The notes under the pieces: generated by a model | Seen by the model: only the letters and a program-made list of their open reading frames with translations | What the model was told of the DNA's origin: nothing | The model's database searches: none | Made by a program: the position numbers and the translations under genes | Source of the DNA: a virus | Lineage: Duplodnaviria > Caudoviricetes | DNA length: 36,237 bases | IMG/VR virus record: IMGVR_UViG_3300025084_000092 | Location: 1 to 36,237 of that record | Direction: 5' to 3' (one strand) | Shown here: one piece after another, positions 18,374-28,044 of the stretch | How the letters are laid out: each line of letters begins with the position of its first letter | How positions within the stretch are numbered: the first letter of the stretch is position 1

Positions 18374-19921
18374 ATGGCTGCGGTAGTAACAGATCAATTT
18401 AGAATATCAAATGCAAATAATTTTGTAGACTCTGTAGCAAATACGAGTAATTCTTATTATGTATTTTTAGGATTGCCAAATCCAGCTAATCCAGTGTCTG
18501 GTTTTGGTAGGACTACTTCAGATGCTGAATGGAATAGTAATACTCCAACGCCAACAGATAATTTGCAGTTTACTTCACAATATAGAGATACTGCTTTATT
18601 TGGAAAAAAAGTAACAACATCTAATGTTAGAAGACTTATAAGAAAGGTTAATTGGGCTTCTAATACCAGATATGACATGTATAGGCATGATTATAGTATT
18701 TCAAATCCTGCCCCCAATTCCAATTTAAGTAGACTATATGATACAAATTATTATGTAATTAACAGCGACTTTAGAGTTTATATTTGTATTGATAATGGTT
18801 CTTCAGGTTCTAACTTAAAAGGAAATGTATCAAAGGATGAACCAACCTTTACCGATTTAGAACCATCAGCAGCTGGAACTAGTGGTGATGGATATATTTG
18901 GAAATATCTTTTTTCAGTATCTCCTAGTGATATCATAAAATTTGATTCTACCGAATATGTTGTAGTTCCCAATGATTGGTCAACAACAACAGACACTCAA
19001 ATTCAAAGTATTAGAGAGGCAGGTGATTCTGATATAAACTTAAATCAAATTAAAAAAGTATATGTTGCTAATGGTGGATCTAATTACACCTCTGGAATTG
19101 TGGCAATTAATGGTGATGGAAGTGGTGCCAAAGTATTAATTGATGTAGATTCTTCTGGAACAATAACTTCTGCTACTGTGACTGCTGGTGGTTTTGGATA
19201 TACTTATGGAATAGTTGATTTGGGTTCTCTTCAACCTTCCGGAACATTAGCAGATCCTGCAAATTTAATACCAATTATTCCACCATCAAGAGGTCATGGT
19301 TATGACATCTATACGGAATTAGGTACGGATAAAATACTAATATATGCCAGATTTGATGATTCAAATAAAGATTTTCCAATTGATACCAAATTTACTCAAG
19401 TTGGAATATTAAAAAATCCGCAACAATATTCATCTACTACAATATATACTGCCAACCAATATTCATCTTTATTTGCAGTAAGATTAAATTCAGTTACATC
19501 AACTCCAGTTGTAGGTGCGGCAATGTCACAATCAGTAAGTGGAGGTGCTGCTAAAGGATATGTTGCATCATATGACGATGAAACTAAAGTATTAAAATAT
19601 TTTCAAGATAGATCACTATACTTTGGAAATACAAAAGACCATACTGACATTGATAATGTTAGTAGTAATAGTAAAATATTATCTTTTGAATCTTCAGGTA
19701 ATAATATTTCTCCATTTACAGGATCAATTGATACTGGATTTTCTGGAATTAAAACAACCGTAAATTCTAAAGAAATTGATTTAGGAATTAATTTTACAAA
19801 TGGACTTGCAAATCCGGAGATAAATAAAAAGACAGGGGAAATCATTTACATTGATAATAGACCTCTCATTCAAAGAGATTCTCGCCAAAAAGAAGACGTT
19901 AAAATTATTCTGGAATTCTAA
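18374..19921 (+). CDS. gp8: Baseplate wedge subunit gp8
   Basis: TDQFRI.NA, YDMYRHDY, VYICIDNG, DGYIWKYLF and IIYIDNR..EDVKIILEF motifs; 515 aa. Confidence 0.92.
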   Translation: MAAVVTDQFRISNANNFVDSVANTSNSYYVFLGLPNPANPVSGFGRTTSDAEWNSNTPTPTDNLQFTSQYRDTALFGKKVTTSNVRRLIRKVNWASNTRYDMYRHDYSISNPAPNSNLSRLYDTNYYVINSDFRVYICIDNGSSGSNLKGNVSKDEPTFTDLEPSAAGTSGDGYIWKYLFSVSPSDIIKFDSTEYVVVPNDWSTTTDTQIQSIREAGDSDINLNQIKKVYVANGGSNYTSGIVAINGDGSGAKVLIDVDSSGTITSATVTAGGFGYTYGIVDLGSLQPSGTLADPANLIPIIPPSRGHGYDIYTELGTDKILIYARFDDSNKDFPIDTKFTQVGILKNPQQYSSTTIYTANQYSSLFAVRLNSVTSTPVVGAAMSQSVSGGAAKGYVASYDDETKVLKYFQDRSLYFGNTKDHTDIDNVSSNSKILSFESSGNNISPFTGSIDTGFSGIKTTVNSKEIDLGINFTNGLANPEINKKTGEIIYIDNRPLIQRDSRQKEDVKIILEF

Positions 19922-19927
19922 AGAACA

Positions 19928-22900
19928 ATGTCACAAAAAACAAATTTAAATATTAATCCATACTATGATGACTATGATTCTGAAAAGAATTTTTATAAGG
20001 TTTTATTTAAACCGGGATTTCCAGTTCAAGCGAGAGAATTAACTACCTTACAATCTCTTCTGCAAGGTCAGATGGAGTCTTTTGGTAGTCATATATTTAA
20101 AGAGGGATCTGTAGTTGTTCCAGGAAATATATCTTATGATGGTCAGTTTTATGCAGTAAAACTGAATGCTACCAGTGGCGGAATTGATGTTGCATTGTAT
20201 ATTGAAAATTTTGTAGGCAAAAAAATAATTGGTCAGCAATCAGGCACTACTGCTAAAATTCAACGTGTAGAATATGCAGATGAAAATAATTTTGAATACC
20301 TAACTCTATATGTAAAATATCTTGATTCTAATAATGAGTTTGAATTCATACCGTTTTTAGATGGAGAATCTTTAAGTTGTACAGAAAATATAACTTATGG
20401 AAATACAACTATTCCTGCTGAAACTGAATTCGCATCTTTAATTTCTTCTGATGCTACTGCAATTGGTTCTGCAGCATCTATTGGTAAAGGTATTTATTTT
20501 ATTAGAGGATATTTTGTCAATGTTTCTCAGGAAACTATACTTTTAGATAATTATACAAATACTCCATCATATAGAGTTGGTTTAAAAATTGACGAATTGA
20601 TCATTGGATCAAAAGATGATGATTCATTATATGATAATGCTAAAGGATTTACAAATTTTGCTGCACCAGGTGCTGATAGATTTAAAATTGGTTTAACTTT
20701 AACTAAAAAATTAATAAGTGATACTAATGATACAAATTTTGTTGAACTTTTACGAATAAAAGACGGCAAAATTCAAAAAATTACTACAAAAACTCAATAT
20801 AATCAAATTCGTGATTATATTGCAGAAAGAACGTATGATGAATCTGGCGATTATGCAGTAAGACCATTTGATCCATCAATTCATAACTCATTAAATAATA
20901 GACTTGGCAATAACGGTCTATTTTTCTCTAACGAGCAGACTGAAGGAAAAAATATTCCTTCTAATGATTTAATGTGCATAAAAATCTCTCCAGGAAAAGC
21001 ATATGTTAGGGGATATGATGTTGAAAAAATTGGAACTACTATAATAGATGTTGATAAACCAAGAGATACTGAATCCATATCCAATGTTACGGTTCCATTT
21101 CAAATGGGGAATCTGCTTAAAGTAAATAATGTCACTGGTGTTCCTCAAAATAAAAAAACAATCCAACTATTGAATAGGAAAGTAGGTGATACAGAAGCAG
21201 TAATAGGTGATGCTAGAGTATATACTTTCAATCTTACAGATGCTGCATATTCTGGTGTAGAAACAAAATATGATTTGAGATTGTATGATATTCAAACATA
21301 CACCAAACTGTCGCTCAATCAGAGTGTAGATGCCACTGACATGCCCGATGGATCTTATATTAAGGGTAAGAGTAGTGGTGCTAGTGGATTTCTTGTTGAT
21401 GCTGCTACAGGCGGTTCTGTGGGTCTTTTATTGAGACAAACTTCTGGTACTTTTGCTAAAGGAGAGCAAATAACTGTTAATGGAGTTGATTTCTCAAGAA
21501 CAATTCTCGATTTCATACAATATGGAACTCAAAATATTAAATCAGTAAGGCAAGCAGCTGGTGGTGGATTCCCATTATTTACGGCAGATTCAATTCTTGA
21601 AAAATTTAGTATGCCTAATGGAATATCACAAATATCAATTCCATTAGTAGGCAATTTGGGAAATACTGGTGTTACGACAGTCACAGTAACAGGAAAAGTA
21701 TTCAGTGGAATAAGAACTGATACTCTTATTTCATATCAACAACCAGGAATTAGCACCGAAACTGTCAATAGAGTTTCTTCTATCTCTGCAGATAAACTTT
21801 CTATAGAACTAAGTCCAATTAATGTTAATGCTGGTGCTGGAATTACTGGTGTTTATTATGGTAAGTTGCCTTCTGGAACTGGAAGTATTTTAGTTACACC
21901 ATTCGCTCGTGGTCCAATTATAAACGTAGATGATGGATATCTTTATACTGAGTTGCCAGATTCCAATATTTCTTCCGTCAATCTTTTAAACTCAACCTTC
22001 ACAGTTGTTGAACAGATTACAGGAGAAGAGACAAGTGCTGCTGGAGAAATGACATTTGATCTTTCCAGTGTTTCCGGAATAACCAGTGCGTCATTTGCAA
22101 CTTTTGATCAGGAAAGATATAGCGTTCATTACTCAACTGGTATAGCAGGAACAGTTACTAGTGATACTTTCGATTTAGTAAATAATGTTGTAACAATTAA
22201 AGGATTGAGGGGAAGTCAATCTAATGTTGTCGTAAATACAACTCTCAATAAATTTGGTGTTCAAAGCAAGATAAAAGAATATACAAGAAGTCAACAACTT
22301 ACTGTAACTAGATCCAAGTATAAAGAATCTGGTGTTGGTATTAATACAACAAATAATGATGGACTTAGTTTTAATACTCAATATGGATTAAGAGTTCAGG
22401 ATGAAGAAATTTCTCTAAACTATCCAGATGTTGCAAAAGTTATATCAATTTACGAATCTTTGGGATCTGCAAATCCAACTTTAGATAAAATACAATTTAC
22501 CTCCACTGCTAGTGTTCAAACAAATGCAATAATTGGCGAAAATATTGTAGGAGGTTCAAGTAATGCAGTTGCTAGAGTGGTTTCTTCACCATCAGCAAAT
22601 AATTTGGAAATAGTTTATCTAACAGACGATAGTTTTAATGTTGGCGAAACAGTTACTTTTGAAGAATCTAATATAATTACAGAAATTGAAACTATTACAT
22701 TAGGAAGTTATAAAAATGTAACCCAATTATATAAATTGGATAAAGGTCAAAAAGAACAATATTACGACTATTCTAGAATTATTAGAAATGGAGGTGTTCC
22801 AGAACCAACTCATAGATTATTAATTGTATTTGATTATTATTCAGTTCCATCTGATGATAATGGAGATGCGTTCACAGTTTTAAGTTATGATGAAGAAAGA

Positions 22901-25900
22901 TTTGAAAAAGATATACCCAATATTGGATCATATAAAGTAAGAGCATCAGATACACTTGATTTCCGTCCAAGAGTTTCTGTATTTGACCCGGCAACTTCAG
23001 GAGGATCAACTAAAATATCTCCATTTGATTTCGCTTCTAGAGATTTTGATTCTGTTCCAAAACTTTTAATGGCACCTGGAGAAGGATCTATTATAGGATA
23101 TGATTTTTATCTTCCACGAATTGATAAACTATACATTGATAGATATGGAACTTTTATAGTCGAAAAGGGCATATCTGCAAAATATCCAAAAGCACCAACA
23201 AAAAATGATGCTTTATTAGAAATTGCCACTATTAATCTTCCAGCATATCTGTATAATCCACAAAAGGCATCGATCAGTTTGATTGATAATAGAAGATTTA
23301 CTATGAGAGATATTGGATTTATTGAAGATAGAGTCCAAAATTTGGAAAAACTAACCTCATTATCTCTTCTTGAATTAAATGCACAGACTCTACAAATTCA
23401 AGATGCGGAAGGAAAAAATAGATTTAAGAGTGGATTTTTTGTTGACGATTTTAAAAATTATTCATTAATAGACAACGTACTATCTTCAATAGAAGTTAAT
23501 CCAACAGCAGAAGAATTGTCACCAATTATCAGTAGAAATTCAATTAAATCTCAGATTGCACCTACTCAACTATTAACTCCTCAAGTTATAGATTTGTCGG
23601 ATAATTTTGAACTATTAGATCCTAATGTTCAGAAAACTGGAAATTCAGTAACTTTAAAATATGATGAAATAGGTTGGATTGAACAACCAATAGCAACAAC
23701 AGTAGAAAATGTAAATCCATTTAATGTCATTGTATATACTGGAGATATTCAGTTAAGTCCTGCTGTTGATAATTGGGTAAGAACTATTCAACTCCCCGAT
23801 AGAAATATTAATATTACATCTAATCAATCTAGAACTCTTACACAAAATCTAACAAGTTCAGTAAATTTAAATTTAGGGGTTGCTAATTTCAATTTCACTC
23901 GCGACGGCGGAACAGCGCGGACTGGCAGAGGAGTACTTCTTAATAGAAGAATAAGGAGTCAAGTTCAGAGTCAGAGGTCTAATTTAAGTGCTAGTAGCAC
24001 AAGTAATTCTCAAAGTGTTAGTGTTGATACTATAAGTTTTGACGATGTTGATACTAGAAATGAATTGATATCGGCAGGTGATGAAGTATTCATGAGATCC
24101 AGAAATACTGAATTTGAAGTCAGTAATATTAAACCATCTACAAGATTCTATCAATTTGTTGATGGCAATAGCGGAGTTGATTTTATTCCCAAATTGATTG
24201 AAATTGCAAATAGCCCATCTCTAGCAACTTACGGAACATCTAATGGTTCTTTCGTAATTGGAGAGACAGTAGTTGGATCTGCTATTGGTGCAGGTGGAAT
24301 TGGTCCATCTATTTCATTCAGAGTTGCTACACCAAATCATAAGTACGGATCATTTAATAATCCATCATCAGTATTTAATGTAAATCCATATGTAACCTCA
24401 GAATCTATACCTTCAACATATAGTCAATCTTCCAAGATTCTAAATGTTGATACATCTTCTTTATCCGAAGAAGCACAGGGATTATATTCTGGTTATATTA
24501 TACGGGGAATGAAATTAGTTGGTCAAACTAGTGGCGCAATTGCGTATGTAAAAGATCTTAGATTAATTTCCGACAACTATGGGGATTTAATAGGATCTTT
24601 CTTCCTCAGAAATCCACACCAGATTCCAGTTCCCTCAGTAAGATTGCAGACAGGAACAAAAACTTTTAAAATTACATCCAATGTCACAAATGATCCTGGT
24701 CTTCCTGGAAGTAATTCAGTTTCTTTTGCAGAAACAAATTATACTTCTATGGGAACTTTGAATCAATGGCAGAACGAAGTAACTACAAATACACAAAATC
24801 TTACAACTACAAATGTAATCAATCTACAAACAAATGCTTCTGCTTCTCTCGGTCTCGGTATAAATCAAATTACTAATACTGTAGTTGAAGAGTATGGTGA
24901 TCCGTTGGCACAAACATTTGTAGTTGGAGGAAATGTTGAAGCACCATCAGATATTGATACTAGTGATGATATAAATGGAGCATTCTTAACTGCTGTTGAT
25001 ATTTTCTTTGCCAAAATAGATGGAGGAAATGCTCCAGTTAAAGTTCAAATTAGAACCACAGAATTAGGATTCCCAACTAGAACTGTTTTAGGAAAAACTG
25101 TTACAATAAAACCAACAACTGTGGATTCTGCGGGAAATATTGTTAAAAATATTCAGGTGTCCGATACTGGAGATGTTGCTACAAAAGTAACATTCCCCGA
25201 ACCAATCTTCTTACCACCCGGAAAAGAATATGCTGTTGTTCTCTTGGCAGAAACTAGTGATGAATATGAAGTATGGACTGCCACTATGGGAGAAAAATCT
25301 GTATCTGAATCTTCTCTTCCACCAAATTCTAATGCAGAAAGTGCAGTATATTCAAAGCAATTTGCTTTAGGGAGTTTATTTAAGTCCCAAAATGGATCTA
25401 TTTGGACTCCAAATCAATTCCAGGATCTTAAGTTTAGACTTTACAAGGCACAATTTAGTTCTCAAACAGGAACTGCATTCTTCTATAATCCAGATTTGGA
25501 CAAGAGTAATGGATATATTTCAAAATTAAGTATTGATCCTATTAGAACTTTACCAAAAACTGGTTCTATTAAAACGGATATTATTTCTGGCGGAGATTCC
25601 ACTACACTCGGTATACTGACCACAGGTAGAAAACTTGCTGGTAATAATAATACTGGAGGATCTGCTATCATTGTGGGTAGAGGAAGTTCCGTTACGAATG
25701 CGACTGTGACAACTATTACAGGTGGATCTGGATATGTTACAGATACTTCCGTCGATACTTTCAACGTTATTGGTAGTGGGTCTGGATTGAAACTTAATAT
25801 TACTGGTATTAATGCTAATACAGGATCAATCACTGGCATTTCTGTTGTTACTACAGGAACAGGTGCCGGTTACAAAGTCGGTGATGTAGTTGGAATTGTA

Positions 25901-27472
25901 ACATCAACTGTTTCTAAACAGACTGGTAAAGAAGCAAGAATAACTGTTGCTGGAGTATCAACTGATGTTGATACATTATATCTTTCCAATATTCAGGGCG
26001 AATTTGGTTCTTCTGGTAAGGCATTTACTGTAGGTGCAGGAGTCAGTTACTTTGCAGATAATGGAGTACTAACTGCATTACCATCAACAACTATAACATC
26101 TGTCTCTGGAAGTGGTGGAGTCAACTCTGGTAATTATGTAAAAGTTGATCATTTCAATCATGGAATGTATTCTAATACAAACAAAGTAACACTTAGTGAT
26201 ATTCAATCTAGTATTGAACCCACAACATTATCTGCTGCAGTGTCAGTTAGTGAAGTGTCAACAATTAGTGTTGCAAGCACTAGTAACTTTACAACATTCG
26301 AAGGTGTCGATGTTAGTGCATCAAATCCTGGATATGTGAAGATTGGCAATGAAATTATTTCTTATACTAGTTTGGGTTCTGGACAACTTCTAATTGCTGC
26401 TGACGGAAGATCAATTGATTCTACCATTACAGAACTGCATGATAAAGATTCTATAGTCTATAAATATGAACTTAATGGAATTTCTTTAAGAAGAATTAAT
26501 AAAACTCACAATGTTGCCGATCCAATTGGATTAGATCATTACCATGTTGCTATTGATGTTTCAACAAATGGTATTGATAGAGATACTGACGGCACACCGA
26601 CAGGAATGCCACAGCTTAATTTCTCTAATGAGGCATCTACAGGAGGAGCAAATTCTAGTGCATCGGAAAACATTCTATATACTTCCATAATTCCAACATA
26701 CAATATTATTACTCCCGGATCAACTACATCTGTGACAGGAACTATAAGAACTATTAGTGGAACTAGTGTTAATGGTTCGGAAGGATCTTTTAATGATGAA
26801 GGATTCGTTCCTGTTGGAATAAACGTATTAAATAATTTCGTTACTCCAAAATTGCTTTGTTCCAAAATAAATGAAACAACTTATCTTCAAAATCTTCCAA
26901 GAAGTAAATCATTTACTACTGGAATAACTTTAAATTCCAATGATGTAAATCTTTCTCCTATGATAAATCTTGACATTGCATCTACAGAATTTAGGTCAAG
27001 TCGTTTTGATAAACCAATTTCCGATTATCCATCTGATGGAAGAGTAAATTCTATTTTTGATGATCCACATGCTGCTGTATATGTTTCTAATACTGTAGAT
27101 TTATCAAATCCGGCAACATCGTTAAAAGTTATTTTAAGTGCATATAGAGACGAGTCCGCAGACTTTAGAGTTCTTTATAACTTAATAAAAGCAGATTCTG
27201 GAGAAATTAGTCAGACATTTGAATTATTCCCAGGATATGATAATTTAACATATACTGATGAGGATGGATATGCTGTCATTAATGATGCTAATAATAGTGG
27301 ATTGCCCGACAGATTTGTTCCTGGAAGCATGAGTAATCAATTCTTAGAGTATGAATTTACTGCAAATGAACTTCCATTGTTCTCGGGATATACGATTAAG
27401 ATTGTAATGTCTGGAACAAATCAAGCATATCCACCAAGAATTAAAGAATTGAGGACTATAGCAATAAGATGA
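19928..27472 (+). CDS. VrlC-like / DUF4815 virion structural protein (2514 aa)
   Basis: NLNINPYYDD, VLFKPGFPVQARELTTLQS, APGADR, RTYDESGDY, DPLAQTF, SLFKSQNG.IW..Q..DLKF motifs; follows gp8 as in cyanomyoviruses. Confidence 0.85.
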   Translation: MSQKTNLNINPYYDDYDSEKNFYKVLFKPGFPVQARELTTLQSLLQGQMESFGSHIFKEGSVVVPGNISYDGQFYAVKLNATSGGIDVALYIENFVGKKIIGQQSGTTAKIQRVEYADENNFEYLTLYVKYLDSNNEFEFIPFLDGESLSCTENITYGNTTIPAETEFASLISSDATAIGSAASIGKGIYFIRGYFVNVSQETILLDNYTNTPSYRVGLKIDELIIGSKDDDSLYDNAKGFTNFAAPGADRFKIGLTLTKKLISDTNDTNFVELLRIKDGKIQKITTKTQYNQIRDYIAERTYDESGDYAVRPFDPSIHNSLNNRLGNNGLFFSNEQTEGKNIPSNDLMCIKISPGKAYVRGYDVEKIGTTIIDVDKPRDTESISNVTVPFQMGNLLKVNNVTGVPQNKKTIQLLNRKVGDTEAVIGDARVYTFNLTDAAYSGVETKYDLRLYDIQTYTKLSLNQSVDATDMPDGSYIKGKSSGASGFLVDAATGGSVGLLLRQTSGTFAKGEQITVNGVDFSRTILDFIQYGTQNIKSVRQAAGGGFPLFTADSILEKFSMPNGISQISIPLVGNLGNTGVTTVTVTGKVFSGIRTDTLISYQQPGISTETVNRVSSISADKLSIELSPINVNAGAGITGVYYGKLPSGTGSILVTPFARGPIINVDDGYLYTELPDSNISSVNLLNSTFTVVEQITGEETSAAGEMTFDLSSVSGITSASFATFDQERYSVHYSTGIAGTVTSDTFDLVNNVVTIKGLRGSQSNVVVNTTLNKFGVQSKIKEYTRSQQLTVTRSKYKESGVGINTTNNDGLSFNTQYGLRVQDEEISLNYPDVAKVISIYESLGSANPTLDKIQFTSTASVQTNAIIGENIVGGSSNAVARVVSSPSANNLEIVYLTDDSFNVGETVTFEESNIITEIETITLGSYKNVTQLYKLDKGQKEQYYDYSRIIRNGGVPEPTHRLLIVFDYYSVPSDDNGDAFTVLSYDEERFEKDIPNIGSYKVRASDTLDFRPRVSVFDPATSGGSTKISPFDFASRDFDSVPKLLMAPGEGSIIGYDFYLPRIDKLYIDRYGTFIVEKGISAKYPKAPTKNDALLEIATINLPAYLYNPQKASISLIDNRRFTMRDIGFIEDRVQNLEKLTSLSLLELNAQTLQIQDAEGKNRFKSGFFVDDFKNYSLIDNVLSSIEVNPTAEELSPIISRNSIKSQIAPTQLLTPQVIDLSDNFELLDPNVQKTGNSVTLKYDEIGWIEQPIATTVENVNPFNVIVYTGDIQLSPAVDNWVRTIQLPDRNINITSNQSRTLTQNLTSSVNLNLGVANFNFTRDGGTARTGRGVLLNRRIRSQVQSQRSNLSASSTSNSQSVSVDTISFDDVDTRNELISAGDEVFMRSRNTEFEVSNIKPSTRFYQFVDGNSGVDFIPKLIEIANSPSLATYGTSNGSFVIGETVVGSAIGAGGIGPSISFRVATPNHKYGSFNNPSSVFNVNPYVTSESIPSTYSQSSKILNVDTSSLSEEAQGLYSGYIIRGMKLVGQTSGAIAYVKDLRLISDNYGDLIGSFFLRNPHQIPVPSVRLQTGTKTFKITSNVTNDPGLPGSNSVSFAETNYTSMGTLNQWQNEVTTNTQNLTTTNVINLQTNASASLGLGINQITNTVVEEYGDPLAQTFVVGGNVEAPSDIDTSDDINGAFLTAVDIFFAKIDGGNAPVKVQIRTTELGFPTRTVLGKTVTIKPTTVDSAGNIVKNIQVSDTGDVATKVTFPEPIFLPPGKEYAVVLLAETSDEYEVWTATMGEKSVSESSLPPNSNAESAVYSKQFALGSLFKSQNGSIWTPNQFQDLKFRLYKAQFSSQTGTAFFYNPDLDKSNGYISKLSIDPIRTLPKTGSIKTDIISGGDSTTLGILTTGRKLAGNNNTGGSAIIVGRGSSVTNATVTTITGGSGYVTDTSVDTFNVIGSGSGLKLNITGINANTGSITGISVVTTGTGAGYKVGDVVGIVTSTVSKQTGKEARITVAGVSTDVDTLYLSNIQGEFGSSGKAFTVGAGVSYFADNGVLTALPSTTITSVSGSGGVNSGNYVKVDHFNHGMYSNTNKVTLSDIQSSIEPTTLSAAVSVSEVSTISVASTSNFTTFEGVDVSASNPGYVKIGNEIISYTSLGSGQLLIAADGRSIDSTITELHDKDSIVYKYELNGISLRRINKTHNVADPIGLDHYHVAIDVSTNGIDRDTDGTPTGMPQLNFSNEASTGGANSSASENILYTSIIPTYNIITPGSTTSVTGTIRTISGTSVNGSEGSFNDEGFVPVGINVLNNFVTPKLLCSKINETTYLQNLPRSKSFTTGITLNSNDVNLSPMINLDIASTEFRSSRFDKPISDYPSDGRVNSIFDDPHAAVYVSNTVDLSNPATSLKVILSAYRDESADFRVLYNLIKADSGEISQTFELFPGYDNLTYTDEDGYAVINDANNSGLPDRFVPGSMSNQFLEYEFTANELPLFSGYTIKIVMSGTNQAYPPRIKELRTIAIR

Positions 27473-27681
27473 TTAGAGTAGATGGATATCAAAACTTATA
27501 CCGAGATGAGAAAAGTGGTGCCATAATCAATTGCGATTCTATGGCATACAATCAGTATGTAAGTTCTTTGGAACAAAGAAATCTCCAAAAAAGAGAAATC
27601 TCTGAAATGAAAAATGACATTAACGAGATAAAATCTCTTCTCAGAAATTTATTGATGAATTCTGAGAATATAAATATCTAA
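27469..27681 (+). CDS. Conserved hypothetical protein with C-terminal coiled coil (70 aa)
   Basis: LYRDEKSGAIIN motif plus heptad EISEMKNDINEIKSLL; ATGA overlap with the upstream gene. Confidence 0.8.
   Translation: MIRVDGYQNLYRDEKSGAIINCDSMAYNQYVSSLEQRNLQKREISEMKNDINEIKSLLRNLLMNSENINI
27669..27676 (+). promoter_or_regulatory. T4-type late promoter
   Basis: Exact TATAAATA, 32 nt upstream of ATG27709. Confidence 0.75.
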
Positions 27682-27708
27682 AGATAAGATAGCATAATTT
27701 TTTGAATA

Positions 27709-28044
27709 ATGGCAGTATTTGTATCTAACATCACGATTGAACAAGGTTTCGACTTTGATACTTCTTTTCAGTTAGAAGATACCAGAACAAACACCCCATT
27801 GGTTTTAACCGGTGCTGCGACAGAAGGCATGTTGAGAAAAAGTTACACTAGTGCAAGTGCCGTTTCCTTTGCTTCTACAGTCACTGACGATGTTAATGGG
27901 ATTATTTCAATATCTCTAACATCTTCTCAAACAGTGGCGTTAAAAGCGGGAAGATATGTATATGATGTAAAGATAACTAGTGCCGGAAAAGAATATAAAG
28001 CTGTTGAAGGGTCAGCATTAGTAAGAGCCGGAGTCACTAGGTAA
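27709..28044 (+). CDS. Small virion structural protein (probable fibre adaptor), 111 aa
   Basis: NITIEQGFDF, GIISISLT..QT..LKAGRYVYDV, VEG.ALV..GVT; family typically found before fibre genes. Confidence 0.75.
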   Translation: MAVFVSNITIEQGFDFDTSFQLEDTRTNTPLVLTGAATEGMLRKSYTSASAVSFASTVTDDVNGIISISLTSSQTVALKAGRYVYDVKITSAGKEYKAVEGSALVRAGVTR

